Sequence record: MZ234031.1
DNA length: 64,000 nt
Source: Escherichia phage vB_EcoM-CHD94UKE2
Reading direction: 5' to 3' (one strand)
The translations under genes were made by a program, and so were the position numbers. Positions 8,541-17,787 of the stretch are shown here, in pieces. The notes below the pieces were generated by a model. It did not search any database, had not been told where the DNA came from, and saw only the letters and a list, made by a program, of their open reading frames with translations. Position 1 is the stretch's first letter; each line of letters starts with the position of its first letter.

Positions 8541-9287
8541 ATGAAACTGTCTAATAATCAAATTCGTAAAATTAAACGTCGTTTAGAGCACACTCAGGCA
8601 TCTGCAAAAAGACGTTCTAAAGATTTTAACTTAGACTTCAATTACATTAAGAATATTTTAGATCAAAAAGTTTGTGCCTATTCAGGAGAACCTTTTGATA
8701 ATCGTATTGAAGGAGAGAAATTATCATTAGAACGTTTTGATAATAACATTGGATACATTAAAGGGAATGTTATTGCAGTAAAGAAAAAGTATAATACATT
8801 TCGTTCTGATTATACTTTAGAAGAGTTGATTGAAAAACGGGATTTATTTGCTTTGCGAATTGGTCGTTCATCTGCGAAAAAAGTTCATAAACTAAATTTA
8901 GATGAAAAGAAATGGGCTAAAATCAAAAAGACTTATAATCAAATTAAAGCTATACAGAAAAAGCGTGAAAATCGAATTGAACACATTTCTCAGCTTTCTA
9001 AATCAAAACAGACCTCTGACATTAAGCTAAGAATTATAGCACTTAAAGCTCGTATTGATGGTTCTCGCATAGCAGAAGGCGCTGAAGTTGTTAAACTGAA
9101 CGTTCTTCTTAAAGGCTCGGATTGGAAAATTGTGAAAAAGTTGTCAGAAGCAGAAATGCAATATGATGTGTGTGATAAAATTATTCAAGGTGTAGAGCGG
9201 TATCAAAACTTGTCTTTTATTGATAAACTTAAACTGAAAAGAGGATACCCGCTAAATTGTTCAATTTTTAAACTTATCCGAGGATAA
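8541..9287 (+). CDS. srd: Srd-like protein (sigma-related early protein)
   Basis: 248 aa ORF between modA and dda.1 as in T4; assignment from position and size. Confidence 0.4.
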   Translation: MKLSNNQIRKIKRRLEHTQASAKRRSKDFNLDFNYIKNILDQKVCAYSGEPFDNRIEGEKLSLERFDNNIGYIKGNVIAVKKKYNTFRSDYTLEELIEKRDLFALRIGRSSAKKVHKLNLDEKKWAKIKKTYNQIKAIQKKRENRIEHISQLSKSKQTSDIKLRIIALKARIDGSRIAEGAEVVKLNVLLKGSDWKIVKKLSEAEMQYDVCDKIIQGVERYQNLSFIDKLKLKRGYPLNCSIFKLIRG

Positions 9288-9288
9288 T

Positions 9289-9600
9289 ATGGTTTATGTA
9301 TATGCGATAGTTTACCGAGACAAAGACGGATTTACGGCGCCAGTTCCACTTGATGAACATCGTCCTGCTGTGTTTTTTGAAAGAGAGATTGCTGATAGAG
9401 TTTTTACTACTCTCAAAGACCAATATAAACTAGCTTTAGGTATGGGAATTCCAAGACTAGTTGAGACTCCACGCAAGTTTTGGTTTAATAAAATAGAAGT
9501 TAAACATGTTAAGCCTGATGTAGATACACAAAGATTATATCAACGAATTCTAGATACTGGGCGTATTGTTAGTATTCCAATTGCAGGGACTTTCCGATGA
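9289..9600 (+). CDS. Hypothetical protein Dda.1-like, 103 aa
   Basis: ORF immediately upstream of dda, overlapping it. Confidence 0.45.
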   Translation: MVYVYAIVYRDKDGFTAPVPLDEHRPAVFFEREIADRVFTTLKDQYKLALGMGIPRLVETPRKFWFNKIEVKHVKPDVDTQRLYQRILDTGRIVSIPIAGTFR

Positions 9601-10916
9601 CATTTGATGATTTGACAGAAGGCCAGAAAAATGCCTTTAACATCGTTATGAGGGCTATTAAAGAAAAGAAACATCATGTAACTATTAATGGACCTGCTGG
9701 TACTGGTAAGACTACTCTTACTAAGTTCATCATTGAAGCTTTAATATCTACGGGTGAAACTGGTATTATTTTAGCAGCTCCTACACATGCAGCTAAAAAG
9801 ATTCTTTCAAAACTGTCGGGGAAAGAAGCGAGTACTATTCACAGTATTCTTAAAATTAACCCAGTTACGTATGAAGAAAACGTTCTTTTTGAACAGAAGG
9901 AAGTACCAGATTTAGCTAAATGCAGGGTATTAATCTGCGACGAAGCGTCAATGTATGATAGAAAGCTATTTAAAATTCTGCTTTCAACTATTCCACCTTG
10001 GTGTACTATAATTGGAATAGGTGATAATAAGCAAATTAGACCTGTTGATCCAGGAGAAAATACTGCTTATATCAGTCCATTCTTTACACATAAAGATTTT
10101 TATCAGTGTGAACTCACTGAAGTTAAACGCAGTAATGCTCCTATTATTGATGTAGCTACTGACGTTCGTAACGGTAAGTGGATTTATGATAAAGTTGTTG
10201 ACGGGCATGGAGTACGTGGATTTACTGGTGATACCGCTTTACGCGATTTTATGGTAAATTATTTTTCAATCGTCAAATCTCTAGATGATTTGTTTGAAAA
10301 TCGCGTAATGGCATTTACGAATAAATCTGTTGACAAGTTAAATAGCATTATTCGTAAAAAGATTTTTGAAACTGATAAAGATTTTATTGTCGGTGAAATT
10401 ATTGTAATGCAGGAACCATTAATTAAAACATATAAAATTGATGGAAAGCCTGTGTCAGAAATTATTTTTAATAACGGACAATTAGTTCGTATTATAGAAG
10501 CAGAGTATACATCAACATTTGTTAAAGCTCGTGGTGTTTCTGGAGAATACTTAATTCGTCATTGGGATTTAACAGTAGAAACTTACGGCGATGATGAATA
10601 TTATCGTGAAAAGATTAAAATAATTTCATCTGATGAAGAGCTATATAAGTTTAACCTATTTTTAGGTAAAACAGCAGAAACTTATAAAAACTGGAATAAG
10701 GGTGGAAAAGCTCCATGGAGTGATTTTTGGGATGCTAAATCACAGTTTAGTAAAGTGAAAGCACTTCCTGCATCAACATTCCATAAAGCGCAGGGTATGT
10801 CTGTAGACCGTGCTTTCATCTATACACCTTGTATTCATTATGCAGATGCTGAATTGGCTCAACAACTTCTTTATGTTGGTGTTACCCGTGGTCGTTATGA
10901 CGTATTTTATGTGTGA
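9597..10916 (+). CDS. dda: Dda DNA helicase (SF1B)
   Basis: 439 aa; Walker A GPAGTGKT; matches remembered T4 Dda length. Confidence 0.85.
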   Translation: MTFDDLTEGQKNAFNIVMRAIKEKKHHVTINGPAGTGKTTLTKFIIEALISTGETGIILAAPTHAAKKILSKLSGKEASTIHSILKINPVTYEENVLFEQKEVPDLAKCRVLICDEASMYDRKLFKILLSTIPPWCTIIGIGDNKQIRPVDPGENTAYISPFFTHKDFYQCELTEVKRSNAPIIDVATDVRNGKWIYDKVVDGHGVRGFTGDTALRDFMVNYFSIVKSLDDLFENRVMAFTNKSVDKLNSIIRKKIFETDKDFIVGEIIVMQEPLIKTYKIDGKPVSEIIFNNGQLVRIIEAEYTSTFVKARGVSGEYLIRHWDLTVETYGDDEYYREKIKIISSDEELYKFNLFLGKTAETYKNWNKGGKAPWSDFWDAKSQFSKVKALPASTFHKAQGMSVDRAFIYTPCIHYADAELAQQLLYVGVTRGRYDVFYV

Positions 10917-10922
10917 GGATAT

Positions 10923-11183
10923 ATGATTAACATCAATTCAAAATATTTAAATCGTCTAATAGATTGTATAAGGAAGCATACTAATAAGCAAGATAATCTC
11001 GATGTTATGGTAACAGGAGCTGAGCTCCTTCATAAGCTTTATCTTATAAGTGATACTATATTAGCAATTAAACGAATTGAAAAACAATCATATCACAGTA
11101 ATACAGATACGGTAATTACACTAGATGAAAGTGTCTGTAAATTACTAATTAAATTTGAGGAAGCTATTCGTGGAAATAACTAA
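10923..11183 (+). CDS. Hypothetical small protein, 86 aa
   Basis: ORF. Confidence 0.4.
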   Translation: MININSKYLNRLIDCIRKHTNKQDNLDVMVTGAELLHKLYLISDTILAIKRIEKQSYHSNTDTVITLDESVCKLLIKFEEAIRGNN

Positions 11184-11415
11184 AGACCAGTTTTATCTGC
11201 TTCAAGATAAAGTGAGCGAAATTTATGAAATAGCTTATAGTAAAAATCGTGAAACTGTAAAAATTGAATCTAGTAAGTTGATGCTTCAATTAGAAGAAAT
11301 TGAACGAGATTTAATTGCGTTAGAATTCTTTTGTGGTGAAGTGAAAACTGTCACAATCAGTGATTATGTTTTAGGTGAAATTAGCTATCTTTATAAGGCG
11401 ATTATTAATGATTGA
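11155..11415 (+). CDS. Hypothetical small protein (start uncertain; TTG 11155 or GTG 11170)
   Basis: ORF; C-terminal segment paralogous to next ORF (TISDYVLGEISYLYKAI vs YIQDYTVGQIRDLARKI). Confidence 0.4.
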   Translation: MRKLFVEITKDQFYLLQDKVSEIYEIAYSKNRETVKIESSKLMLQLEEIERDLIALEFFCGEVKTVTISDYVLGEISYLYKAIIND

Positions 11416-11650
11416 ATTAAGTTGGTGTCAGTTTAAATCTCTTATGACAAATGTTAAAGCTGTCATTGAGAAAAATTCTGGTCCTGAAAATATTACTATT
11501 CGCGAAAAAGCTTTAAAGATAATATACAGTCTTGAAGAGATGCAAAAAGATATTGAATCTATGGCAAAATTTATTGATGAACCTATTAATAAAGTTTATA
11601 TTCAAGACTATACTGTAGGCCAAATTCGCGATTTAGCGAGGAAAATTTAA
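11408..11650 (+). CDS. Hypothetical small protein, paralog of preceding ORF
   Basis: ATG 11408 in frame with track ORF 11375..11650. Confidence 0.4.
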   Translation: MIELSWCQFKSLMTNVKAVIEKNSGPENITIREKALKIIYSLEEMQKDIESMAKFIDEPINKVYIQDYTVGQIRDLARKI

Positions 11651-12333
11651 TGTTTGATTTTATTATAGATTTTGAAACAATGGGAAGTGGTGAAAAAGCA
11701 GCTGTTATTGATTTAGCTGTAATTGCTTTTGACCCTAACCCAGAAGTAGTTGAAACATTTGATGAATTAGTTTCACGCGGCATTAAAATCAAATTTGATT
11801 TAAAAAGCCAAAAAGGACATCGTCTTTTTACTAAAAGCACTATCGAATGGTGGAAAAATCAGTCTCCTGAAGCTCGAAAAAATATTGCACCGTCCGATGA
11901 AGATGTAAGCACTATCGACGGTATTGCGAAATTTAATGATTACATCAATGCACATAATATCGATCCTTGGAAATCTCAAGGCTGGTGCCGTGGAATGTCG
12001 TTTGATTTTCCAATTTTAGTCGATCTCATTCGTGATATTCAACGTCTTAATGGTGTTTCTGAGAATGAACTTGACACATTTAAGTTAGAACCATGTAAAT
12101 TCTGGAATCAGCGTGATATTCGTACCAGAATTGAAGCACTTCTGCTTGTTCGTGATATGACCACGTGTCCTCTTCCAAAAGGAACTTTAGATGGATTCGT
12201 TGCGCATGATTCTATTCATGACTGCGCGAAAGACATCCTGATGATGAAGTACGCTTTGCGATATGCTATGGGTCTTGAAGATGCTCCATCAGAGGAAGAT
12301 TGCGATCCTCTATCTCTTCCAACAAAACGATAA
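11650..12333 (+). CDS. dexA: Exonuclease A DexA
   Basis: 227 aa MFDFIIDFETMGSGEKAAVIDLAV... DEDD-type exonuclease N-terminus; same length as T4 DexA. Confidence 0.75.
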   Translation: MFDFIIDFETMGSGEKAAVIDLAVIAFDPNPEVVETFDELVSRGIKIKFDLKSQKGHRLFTKSTIEWWKNQSPEARKNIAPSDEDVSTIDGIAKFNDYINAHNIDPWKSQGWCRGMSFDFPILVDLIRDIQRLNGVSENELDTFKLEPCKFWNQRDIRTRIEALLLVRDMTTCPLPKGTLDGFVAHDSIHDCAKDILMMKYALRYAMGLEDAPSEEDCDPLSLPTKR

Positions 12334-12339
12334 AAAGTT

Positions 12340-12369
12340 GTTTACTTCCTCGGTTAGTTGTGGTATTAT
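12340..12369 (+). promoter_or_regulatory. T4-type early promoter
   Basis: GTTTACTTCC ... TGGTATTAT. Confidence 0.5.
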
Positions 12370-12396
12370 AACACCATAGCTACTGAGGATAATAAA

Positions 12397-12897
12397 ATGA
12401 AAATTTATCGTGTTGAATCATCGTTTAGTATTCTTGATTATGAAGATGCTATAACAATACGTCGAAATCTTTGTGTTCAAATAACGCCGTACAGGAGTAT
12501 AATAGATTCATGGAGCGAAGAGTGGCTATTACACGTAGGTTATGACAGACCTAATTTTATGCATCATAGCGATAATAATAAAAGAATTCCTTTACCACAC
12601 GAAGATAAACTATTAGTTAAAAACGCTAATATAGTAATTAATACTAAGTTCAAGAAAGATTATGTTGGAGTAGAATATCATATTCCAGGATGGTTTATAG
12701 CTCTTTATCATTTTGCTTTCGCTAGCGAATATGATATGATGAGATGGTTCACACGAGAAGAGCGTGAAGAATTAGCTTCGAAAGGATTTTATCTTGCTGT
12801 ATACGAAGTACCAGATGACCAAGTTATCGTTGGCGGGCATCAAGTAATGTTCCGTAAATCCCATGCTGAACTTGTAGATTTTATTGAAATGAGATAA
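12397..12897 (+). CDS. Hypothetical early protein, about 166 aa
   Basis: ATG 12397 with SD GAGGATAA; track ORF starts further upstream. Confidence 0.5.
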   Translation: MKIYRVESSFSILDYEDAITIRRNLCVQITPYRSIIDSWSEEWLLHVGYDRPNFMHHSDNNKRIPLPHEDKLLVKNANIVINTKFKKDYVGVEYHIPGWFIALYHFAFASEYDMMRWFTREEREELASKGFYLAVYEVPDDQVIVGGHQVMFRKSHAELVDFIEMR

Positions 12898-12899
12898 TT

Positions 12900-13445
12900 A
12901 TGAAATTTAATTATAATCCTGAATACACACCGAATCCGGCAGCTAAACTGATTGATTTTGACGTTGTAAGTACTTATGTATGCCCTGTTAAACCACTGGA
13001 AATTAAGGAACCTACTATGACTACCGCTATTGAAATCGGCAAAACCTACAAACTGGTTGAACCTAAAATTAAAACTAATGCCTTGATTTCTGGTCATAAA
13101 ACTCTGACTGATGTTTTTGGCGAAGGCGAATTTATTGTTGAAGAATTTGCCAAAAGTGAGTGGTTTGACAAATCTTACGTCATCCACGGTCGCCGGTTAG
13201 ATAATAACAAAATAAAGAAAAACCTGGTTTATGAAGATGAGTTCATCCTGTTCCAAGAAGTTGAAGAACAAGACCCTACAGACCTGTTGTGTGCTGCTGT
13301 GTCTATCCGTCGTCCTTTTGATAATCCTATCTGTGGTTGGGTAACAGACCAGTGGATTGAAGATGGTGTTGAGCTTCTGAACGTTGTCCATGCAGGAGAT
13401 TTTAGTGTAGTACCTCGTAGTGCGGTGGTAGCTATTTTGAATTAA
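12900..13445 (+). CDS. Hypothetical protein, 181 aa, paralog of next ORF
   Basis: Shares C-terminal block CGWVTDQWIEDGVELLNVV with 13522..14010 (CGYITDQWVEDGVKLYNVV). Confidence 0.5.
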   Translation: MKFNYNPEYTPNPAAKLIDFDVVSTYVCPVKPLEIKEPTMTTAIEIGKTYKLVEPKIKTNALISGHKTLTDVFGEGEFIVEEFAKSEWFDKSYVIHGRRLDNNKIKKNLVYEDEFILFQEVEEQDPTDLLCAAVSIRRPFDNPICGWVTDQWIEDGVELLNVVHAGDFSVVPRSAVVAILN

Positions 13446-13447
13446 TA

Positions 13448-13477
13448 GTTTACAAACTCTTGGGACCAGAGTATAAT
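13448..13477 (+). promoter_or_regulatory. T4-type early promoter with dyad symmetry
   Basis: GTTTACAAACTCTTGGGACCAGAGTATAATGGTCC; GGACC/GGTCC flank the -10. Confidence 0.55.
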
Positions 13478-13521
13478 GGTCCTGTGGAGTATAAAATCTT
13501 TTTAACAAGTGAGAGATAACT

Positions 13522-14010
13522 ATGATTATTAATATTGGTGAAATTGCTCGTGTATCTGATAAATCCCGTTCTAAAGCAGCAGGAAAATTGGTCGAAGTTG
13601 TAAGCATTCAGCTTAAACACGGTGTTAAAGATGAAGATTCTGAAGTAAAAGTACGTATCATTGCTAAAGATGGAATGTCTAAGCCCCAGTTTGGTTATGT
13701 TCGATGGAAATTTCTTGAGCCTGCGTTTTTGAAAGCTGTTCCTGCTAAAGGAATTGAAACGATTGATACTTCGCATGTAGGTGTAGACTTTAAGTGGAAA
13801 CTCGGTCAAGCTATCAAGTTCATTGCTCCTTGTGAATTTAAATTTATCAAAGATGATGGAAAGGCTGTTTATACTCGCGCTATGTGTGGATACATTACCG
13901 ATCAATGGGTAGAAGATGGCGTTAAGTTGTACAACGTGGTATTTTTAGGAACATATAAAGTCATTCCTGAAAGTTGGATTAAACACTACAGCAATGCTCT
14001 CTATGCATAA
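13522..14010 (+). CDS. Hypothetical protein, 162 aa, possibly MotB-like
   Basis: Size and position (dexA to 39 interval) match T4 motB; weak assignment. Confidence 0.45.
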   Translation: MIINIGEIARVSDKSRSKAAGKLVEVVSIQLKHGVKDEDSEVKVRIIAKDGMSKPQFGYVRWKFLEPAFLKAVPAKGIETIDTSHVGVDFKWKLGQAIKFIAPCEFKFIKDDGKAVYTRAMCGYITDQWVEDGVKLYNVVFLGTYKVIPESWIKHYSNALYA

Positions 14011-14040
14011 AGTTTAAAATTTTTTCATAAAACTATATAC

Positions 14041-14083
14041 ATCAGTAGTTGATTATGGTACTATATCAATATCAACTACTGAT
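14041..14083. repeat. Perfect 13 bp inverted repeat with 17 nt spacer
   Basis: ATCAGTAGTTGAT ... ATCAACTACTGAT around TGGTACTAT in a 171 bp intergenic region. Confidence 0.8.
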
Positions 14084-14181
14084 ACAGAAAACAACTTGGA
14101 GAATAAAATGGATAATTCGTTAAAGGTGCGCTGATACTCTTCTGAAACGCATCGCTCCAATGTTCAATTAATGAGGAAATT

Positions 14182-14400
14182 ATGATGAAACGTAAAATTG
14201 TTCAGAATTGCACTAATGATGAATTTGAAGATGTATTATTCGATCCAGATTTGGTAGTAGTTCAAAAGGAACACACTATCAAGTTTACTCACTTGACTTC
14301 GGTTTATGTGTATGAAAAGGTTGGGGATAAACAACCAATTTACGGTGTATTTCGTGAAATCACTGAAGATGGTACAACTTACTGGAAGGAAATTTATTAA
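14182..14400 (+). CDS. Hypothetical small protein, 72 aa (Cef-sized)
   Basis: ORF with SD GAGGAAATT. Confidence 0.45.
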   Translation: MMKRKIVQNCTNDEFEDVLFDPDLVVVQKEHTIKFTHLTSVYVYEKVGDKQPIYGVFREITEDGTTYWKEIY

Positions 14401-14813
14401 TGGCTATTAAATTTGAAGTTAATAAATGGTATCAATTTAAAAATAAACAAGCTCAAGAAAATTTTATTAAAGACCATACTGATAACGGAATCTATGCACG
14501 CCGTTTAGGTATGCATCCTTTTAAAATTTTAGATGTGGATGCTCTTGGGCGTCCTATTAAAATTATGTCATTTGCTGGAAATTTAGTACTATCTTCTGGT
14601 AAAGATATTTTGGATGAAGATTTTATTTGGCTTTCATCGAATGAAGCTGAATTCTTTAATGAAGTTGAAAATCCATACCAGGCAGCTGAAGAGCAGGAAG
14701 AATCTGCACCGATAACTGATCAATCTAAATTCCCTGTAATGAAAGTTACTATTGAAAATGATGAACAGGCATGGTCCTTGTATCAGATGTTGAAAGCTCA
14801 CTTTAAGGAATAA
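14400..14813 (+). CDS. Hypothetical protein, 137 aa (GoF-sized)
   Basis: ORF overlapping previous stop (TAATG). Confidence 0.45.
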   Translation: MAIKFEVNKWYQFKNKQAQENFIKDHTDNGIYARRLGMHPFKILDVDALGRPIKIMSFAGNLVLSSGKDILDEDFIWLSSNEAEFFNEVENPYQAAEEQEESAPITDQSKFPVMKVTIENDEQAWSLYQMLKAHFKE

Positions 14814-14815
14814 TT

Positions 14816-14992
14816 ATGCCGCTTTATGATTATAAATGTCAATCAAAAGACTGCGCAAAAGAATACGAAAAAATCAAGAAAATTTCTGAAAGAGATACTG
14901 ATGTATGTCCTGATTGTCATCGGATTGCTATTCGGTTAGTCTCTGCCCCTAAGCATGTGAATGGCGGATTTTACGACTTACTTAAAGGGTAA
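14816..14992 (+). CDS. Zinc-ribbon protein, FmdB-like, 58 aa (below ORF-track threshold)
   Basis: MPLYDYKCQSKDC ... CPDCH: two CxxC pairs with the MPxYxYxC signature of FmdB-type zinc ribbons. Confidence 0.5.
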   Translation: MPLYDYKCQSKDCAKEYEKIKKISERDTDVCPDCHRIAIRLVSAPKHVNGGFYDLLKG

Positions 14993-14994
14993 TT

Positions 14995-15366
14995 ATGTTT
15001 AAAATCGGTAAGAAATATCGCATTCGCGAAGGTGAAGAAAAGAAATATCTATTTTCTGCTATTTATAGGAATGGTTCTATTAATGCTGTAATATCTACAA
15101 GCGAATTTATCGTTGAAGATATGAAAGGTAATAATGTTACAATGATTAGTACAGCATCTGGAAATGACGGAAAAATTCTTCACAGTTTTCAGAGTAATGT
15201 TCTAATTTATGATGAAGAATTTGACTTCTTCGAAGAAGTTCCCGAAGGTTTTGCTTTTGAATGCACTATCACTATGAAATCTGGTGACCCTCTTTCTTTT
15301 ACAGTTAAAGATGAAGGAAGTCGCTTGAGAATTATTAGTCTTCTTCAAGCCATTAAATTTAAGTGA
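14995..15366 (+). CDS. Hypothetical protein, 123 aa
   Basis: ORF. Confidence 0.45.
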   Translation: MFKIGKKYRIREGEEKKYLFSAIYRNGSINAVISTSEFIVEDMKGNNVTMISTASGNDGKILHSFQSNVLIYDEEFDFFEEVPEGFAFECTITMKSGDPLSFTVKDEGSRLRIISLLQAIKFK

Positions 15367-15632
15367 AAATTATGAAATATATTAATCGTTCTATCGCGGC
15401 ATTAGTATTAGCAGTGTCTTTAGTAGGATGTACTGATGCTGATAATGCAACCAAAGTTTTGTCTTCAAGCGGTTTTACTAATATTGAAATCACTGGATAT
15501 AACTGGTTCGGTTGTTCTGAAAATGATTTCCAACATACTGGATTTCGTGCTATTGGACCTACTGGGCAGAAAGTAGAAGGAACAGTATGTTCTGGGCTGT
15601 TCTTTAAGGATTCAACTATTCGTTTTAAATAA
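15363..15632 (+). CDS. Predicted lipoprotein, 89 aa
   Basis: Signal peptide plus lipobox LVGC (MKIMKYINRSIAALVLAVSLVGCTD). Confidence 0.5.
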   Translation: MKIMKYINRSIAALVLAVSLVGCTDADNATKVLSSSGFTNIEITGYNWFGCSENDFQHTGFRAIGPTGQKVEGTVCSGLFFKDSTIRFK

Positions 15633-15656
15633 AAGGCCTTCGGGCCTTTAGCTTTA
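15633..15656 (+). terminator. Hairpin terminator (UUCG loop)
   Basis: AAGGCC-TTCG-GGCCTT followed by T-rich tail; same hairpin at 63433. Confidence 0.6.
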
Positions 15657-15701
15657 TGATTACCGGAGTATAATATTCCCGAAACCAAACGAGGATAAGT
15701 G

Positions 15702-17519
15702 ATGATTAAGAATGAAATTAAAATTCTGAGCGATATTGAACATATCAAAAAGCGTAGCGGCATGTACATTGGCTCTTCTGCTAATGAAATGCATGAGCGC
15801 TTTCTGTTTGGTAAATGGGAAAGTGTTCAGTATGTACCTGGTCTTGTTAAGCTTATTGATGAAATTATCGATAACTCAGTAGATGAAGGTATTCGTACTA
15901 AGTTTAAATTCGCAAATAAAATTAATGTTACTATTAAAAACAATCAAGTAACAGTTGAAGATAACGGTCGTGGTATTCCACAAGCGATGGTTAAAACACC
16001 TACCGGTGAAGAAATTCCTGGTCCAGTTGCTGCATGGACTATTCCAAAAGCGGGTGGTAACTTCGGTGATGATAAAGAACGCGTCACCGGCGGTATGAAT
16101 GGTGTTGGTTCTAGTTTGACAAACATTTTTTCTGTGATGTTTGTCGGTGAAACTGGTGATGGTCAAAATAATATTGTAGTTCGTTGTTCAAATGGCATGG
16201 AAAATAAATCATGGGAAGATATTCCTGGAAAATGGAAAGGAACTCGTGTTACTTTCATTCCAGATTTTATGTCATTTGAAACTAATGAATTATCTCAAGT
16301 TTATCTTGACATTACACTAGATCGTCTCCAGACACTTGCTGTTGTTTATCCTGATATTCAATTTACCTTTAATGGTAAAAAGGTTCAGGGCAATTTTAAG
16401 AAATATGCACGACAGTATGATGAACATGCTATCGTTCAAGAACAAGAAAATTGTTCTATTGCGGTTGGTCGTTCACCCGACGGTTTTCGTCAATTAACAT
16501 ACGTCAATAACATTCATACTAAGAATGGTGGCCATCACATTGACTGTGTTATGGATGATATTTGTGAAGACCTTATTCCACAAATCAAACGCAAGTTCAA
16601 AATTGATGTAACTAAAGCACGCGTTAAAGAATGTTTGACTATCGTTATGTTTGTTCGTGATATGAAAAACATGCGATTTGATTCTCAAACTAAAGAGCGT
16701 TTGACTTCTCCATTTGGTGAAATCCGTAGTCATATTCAGCTTGATGCTAAAAAGATTTCACGTGCTATTTTGAATAATGAAGCAATTCTGATGCCAATTA
16801 TTGAAGCTGCTTTGGCTCGTAAATTGGCGGCAGAAAAAGCAGCAGAAACTAAAGCAGCTAAAAAGGCATCTAAAGCTAAGGTTCATAAACATATCAAAGC
16901 GAATCTTTGTGGTAAAGATGCTGATACTACATTGTTCTTGACTGAGGGTGATTCTGCTATCGGATATCTTATTGATGTTCGTAATAAAGAACTTCATGGT
17001 GGTTATCCATTACGTGGTAAAGTTCTCAACAGTTGGGGTATGTCATATGCTGATATGCTTAAAAACAAAGAACTATTTGATATTTGCGCAATCACTGGAT
17101 TAGTTCTTGGTGAAAAAGCTGAAAACTTGAATTATCATAATATTGCTATTATGACTGATGCTGACCATGATGGTCTAGGAAGCATTTATCCTTCTCTGCT
17201 TGGATTTTTTAGTAATTGGCCAGAACTGTTTGAGCAAGGAAGAATTCGCTTCGTCAAAACTCCTGTAATCATCGCTCAGGTCGGTAAAAAACAAGAATGG
17301 TTTTATACAGTCGCTGAATATGAGAGTGCCAAAGATGCTCTACCTAAACATAGCATCCGTTATATTAAAGGACTTGGCTCTTTGGAAAAATCTGAATATC
17401 GTGAGATGATTCAAAACCCAGTATATGATGTTGTTAAACTTCCTGAGAACTGGAAAGAGCTTTTTGAAATGCTCATGGGAGATAATGCTGACCTTCGTAA
17501 AGAATGGATGAGCCAGTAG
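15702..17519 (+). CDS. 39: DNA topoisomerase II large subunit gp39, uninterrupted (39 plus 60 equivalent)
   Basis: 605 aa from ATG 15702 (track ORF begins at GTG 15699); GyrB-like ATPase N-terminus MIKNEIKILSDIEHIKKRSGMYIGSS; single continuous ORF. Confidence 0.9.
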   Translation: MIKNEIKILSDIEHIKKRSGMYIGSSANEMHERFLFGKWESVQYVPGLVKLIDEIIDNSVDEGIRTKFKFANKINVTIKNNQVTVEDNGRGIPQAMVKTPTGEEIPGPVAAWTIPKAGGNFGDDKERVTGGMNGVGSSLTNIFSVMFVGETGDGQNNIVVRCSNGMENKSWEDIPGKWKGTRVTFIPDFMSFETNELSQVYLDITLDRLQTLAVVYPDIQFTFNGKKVQGNFKKYARQYDEHAIVQEQENCSIAVGRSPDGFRQLTYVNNIHTKNGGHHIDCVMDDICEDLIPQIKRKFKIDVTKARVKECLTIVMFVRDMKNMRFDSQTKERLTSPFGEIRSHIQLDAKKISRAILNNEAILMPIIEAALARKLAAEKAAETKAAKKASKAKVHKHIKANLCGKDADTTLFLTEGDSAIGYLIDVRNKELHGGYPLRGKVLNSWGMSYADMLKNKELFDICAITGLVLGEKAENLNYHNIAIMTDADHDGLGSIYPSLLGFFSNWPELFEQGRIRFVKTPVIIAQVGKKQEWFYTVAEYESAKDALPKHSIRYIKGLGSLEKSEYREMIQNPVYDVVKLPENWKELFEMLMGDNADLRKEWMSQ

Positions 17520-17548
17520 TTTACTTTACCACAAGGATGTGGTATAAT
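17519..17548 (+). promoter_or_regulatory. T4-type early promoter
   Basis: GTTTACTTTACC ... TGGTATAAT. Confidence 0.6.
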
Positions 17549-17573
17549 TAATTGGGCAAATGAGGATATTGAA

Positions 17574-17777
17574 ATGAAATCATATAAAGTAAATTTAGAA
17601 CTTTTTGATAAAGCAGTTCATCGAGAATATAGAATCATTCAACGCTTTTTCGATATGGGAGAAGCTGAAGAGTTTAAAAACCGCTTTAAGGATATTAGAG
17701 ATAAAATTCAATCCGACACCGCAACTAAAGATGAACTACTAGAAGTTGCTGAAGTTATTAAACGCAATATGAATTAA
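17574..17777 (+). CDS. Hypothetical small protein, 67 aa (rIIA.1-like position)
   Basis: ORF with SD GAGGA. Confidence 0.45.
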   Translation: MKSYKVNLELFDKAVHREYRIIQRFFDMGEAEEFKNRFKDIRDKIQSDTATKDELLEVAEVIKRNMN

Positions 17778-17787
17778 TGAGGAAATT

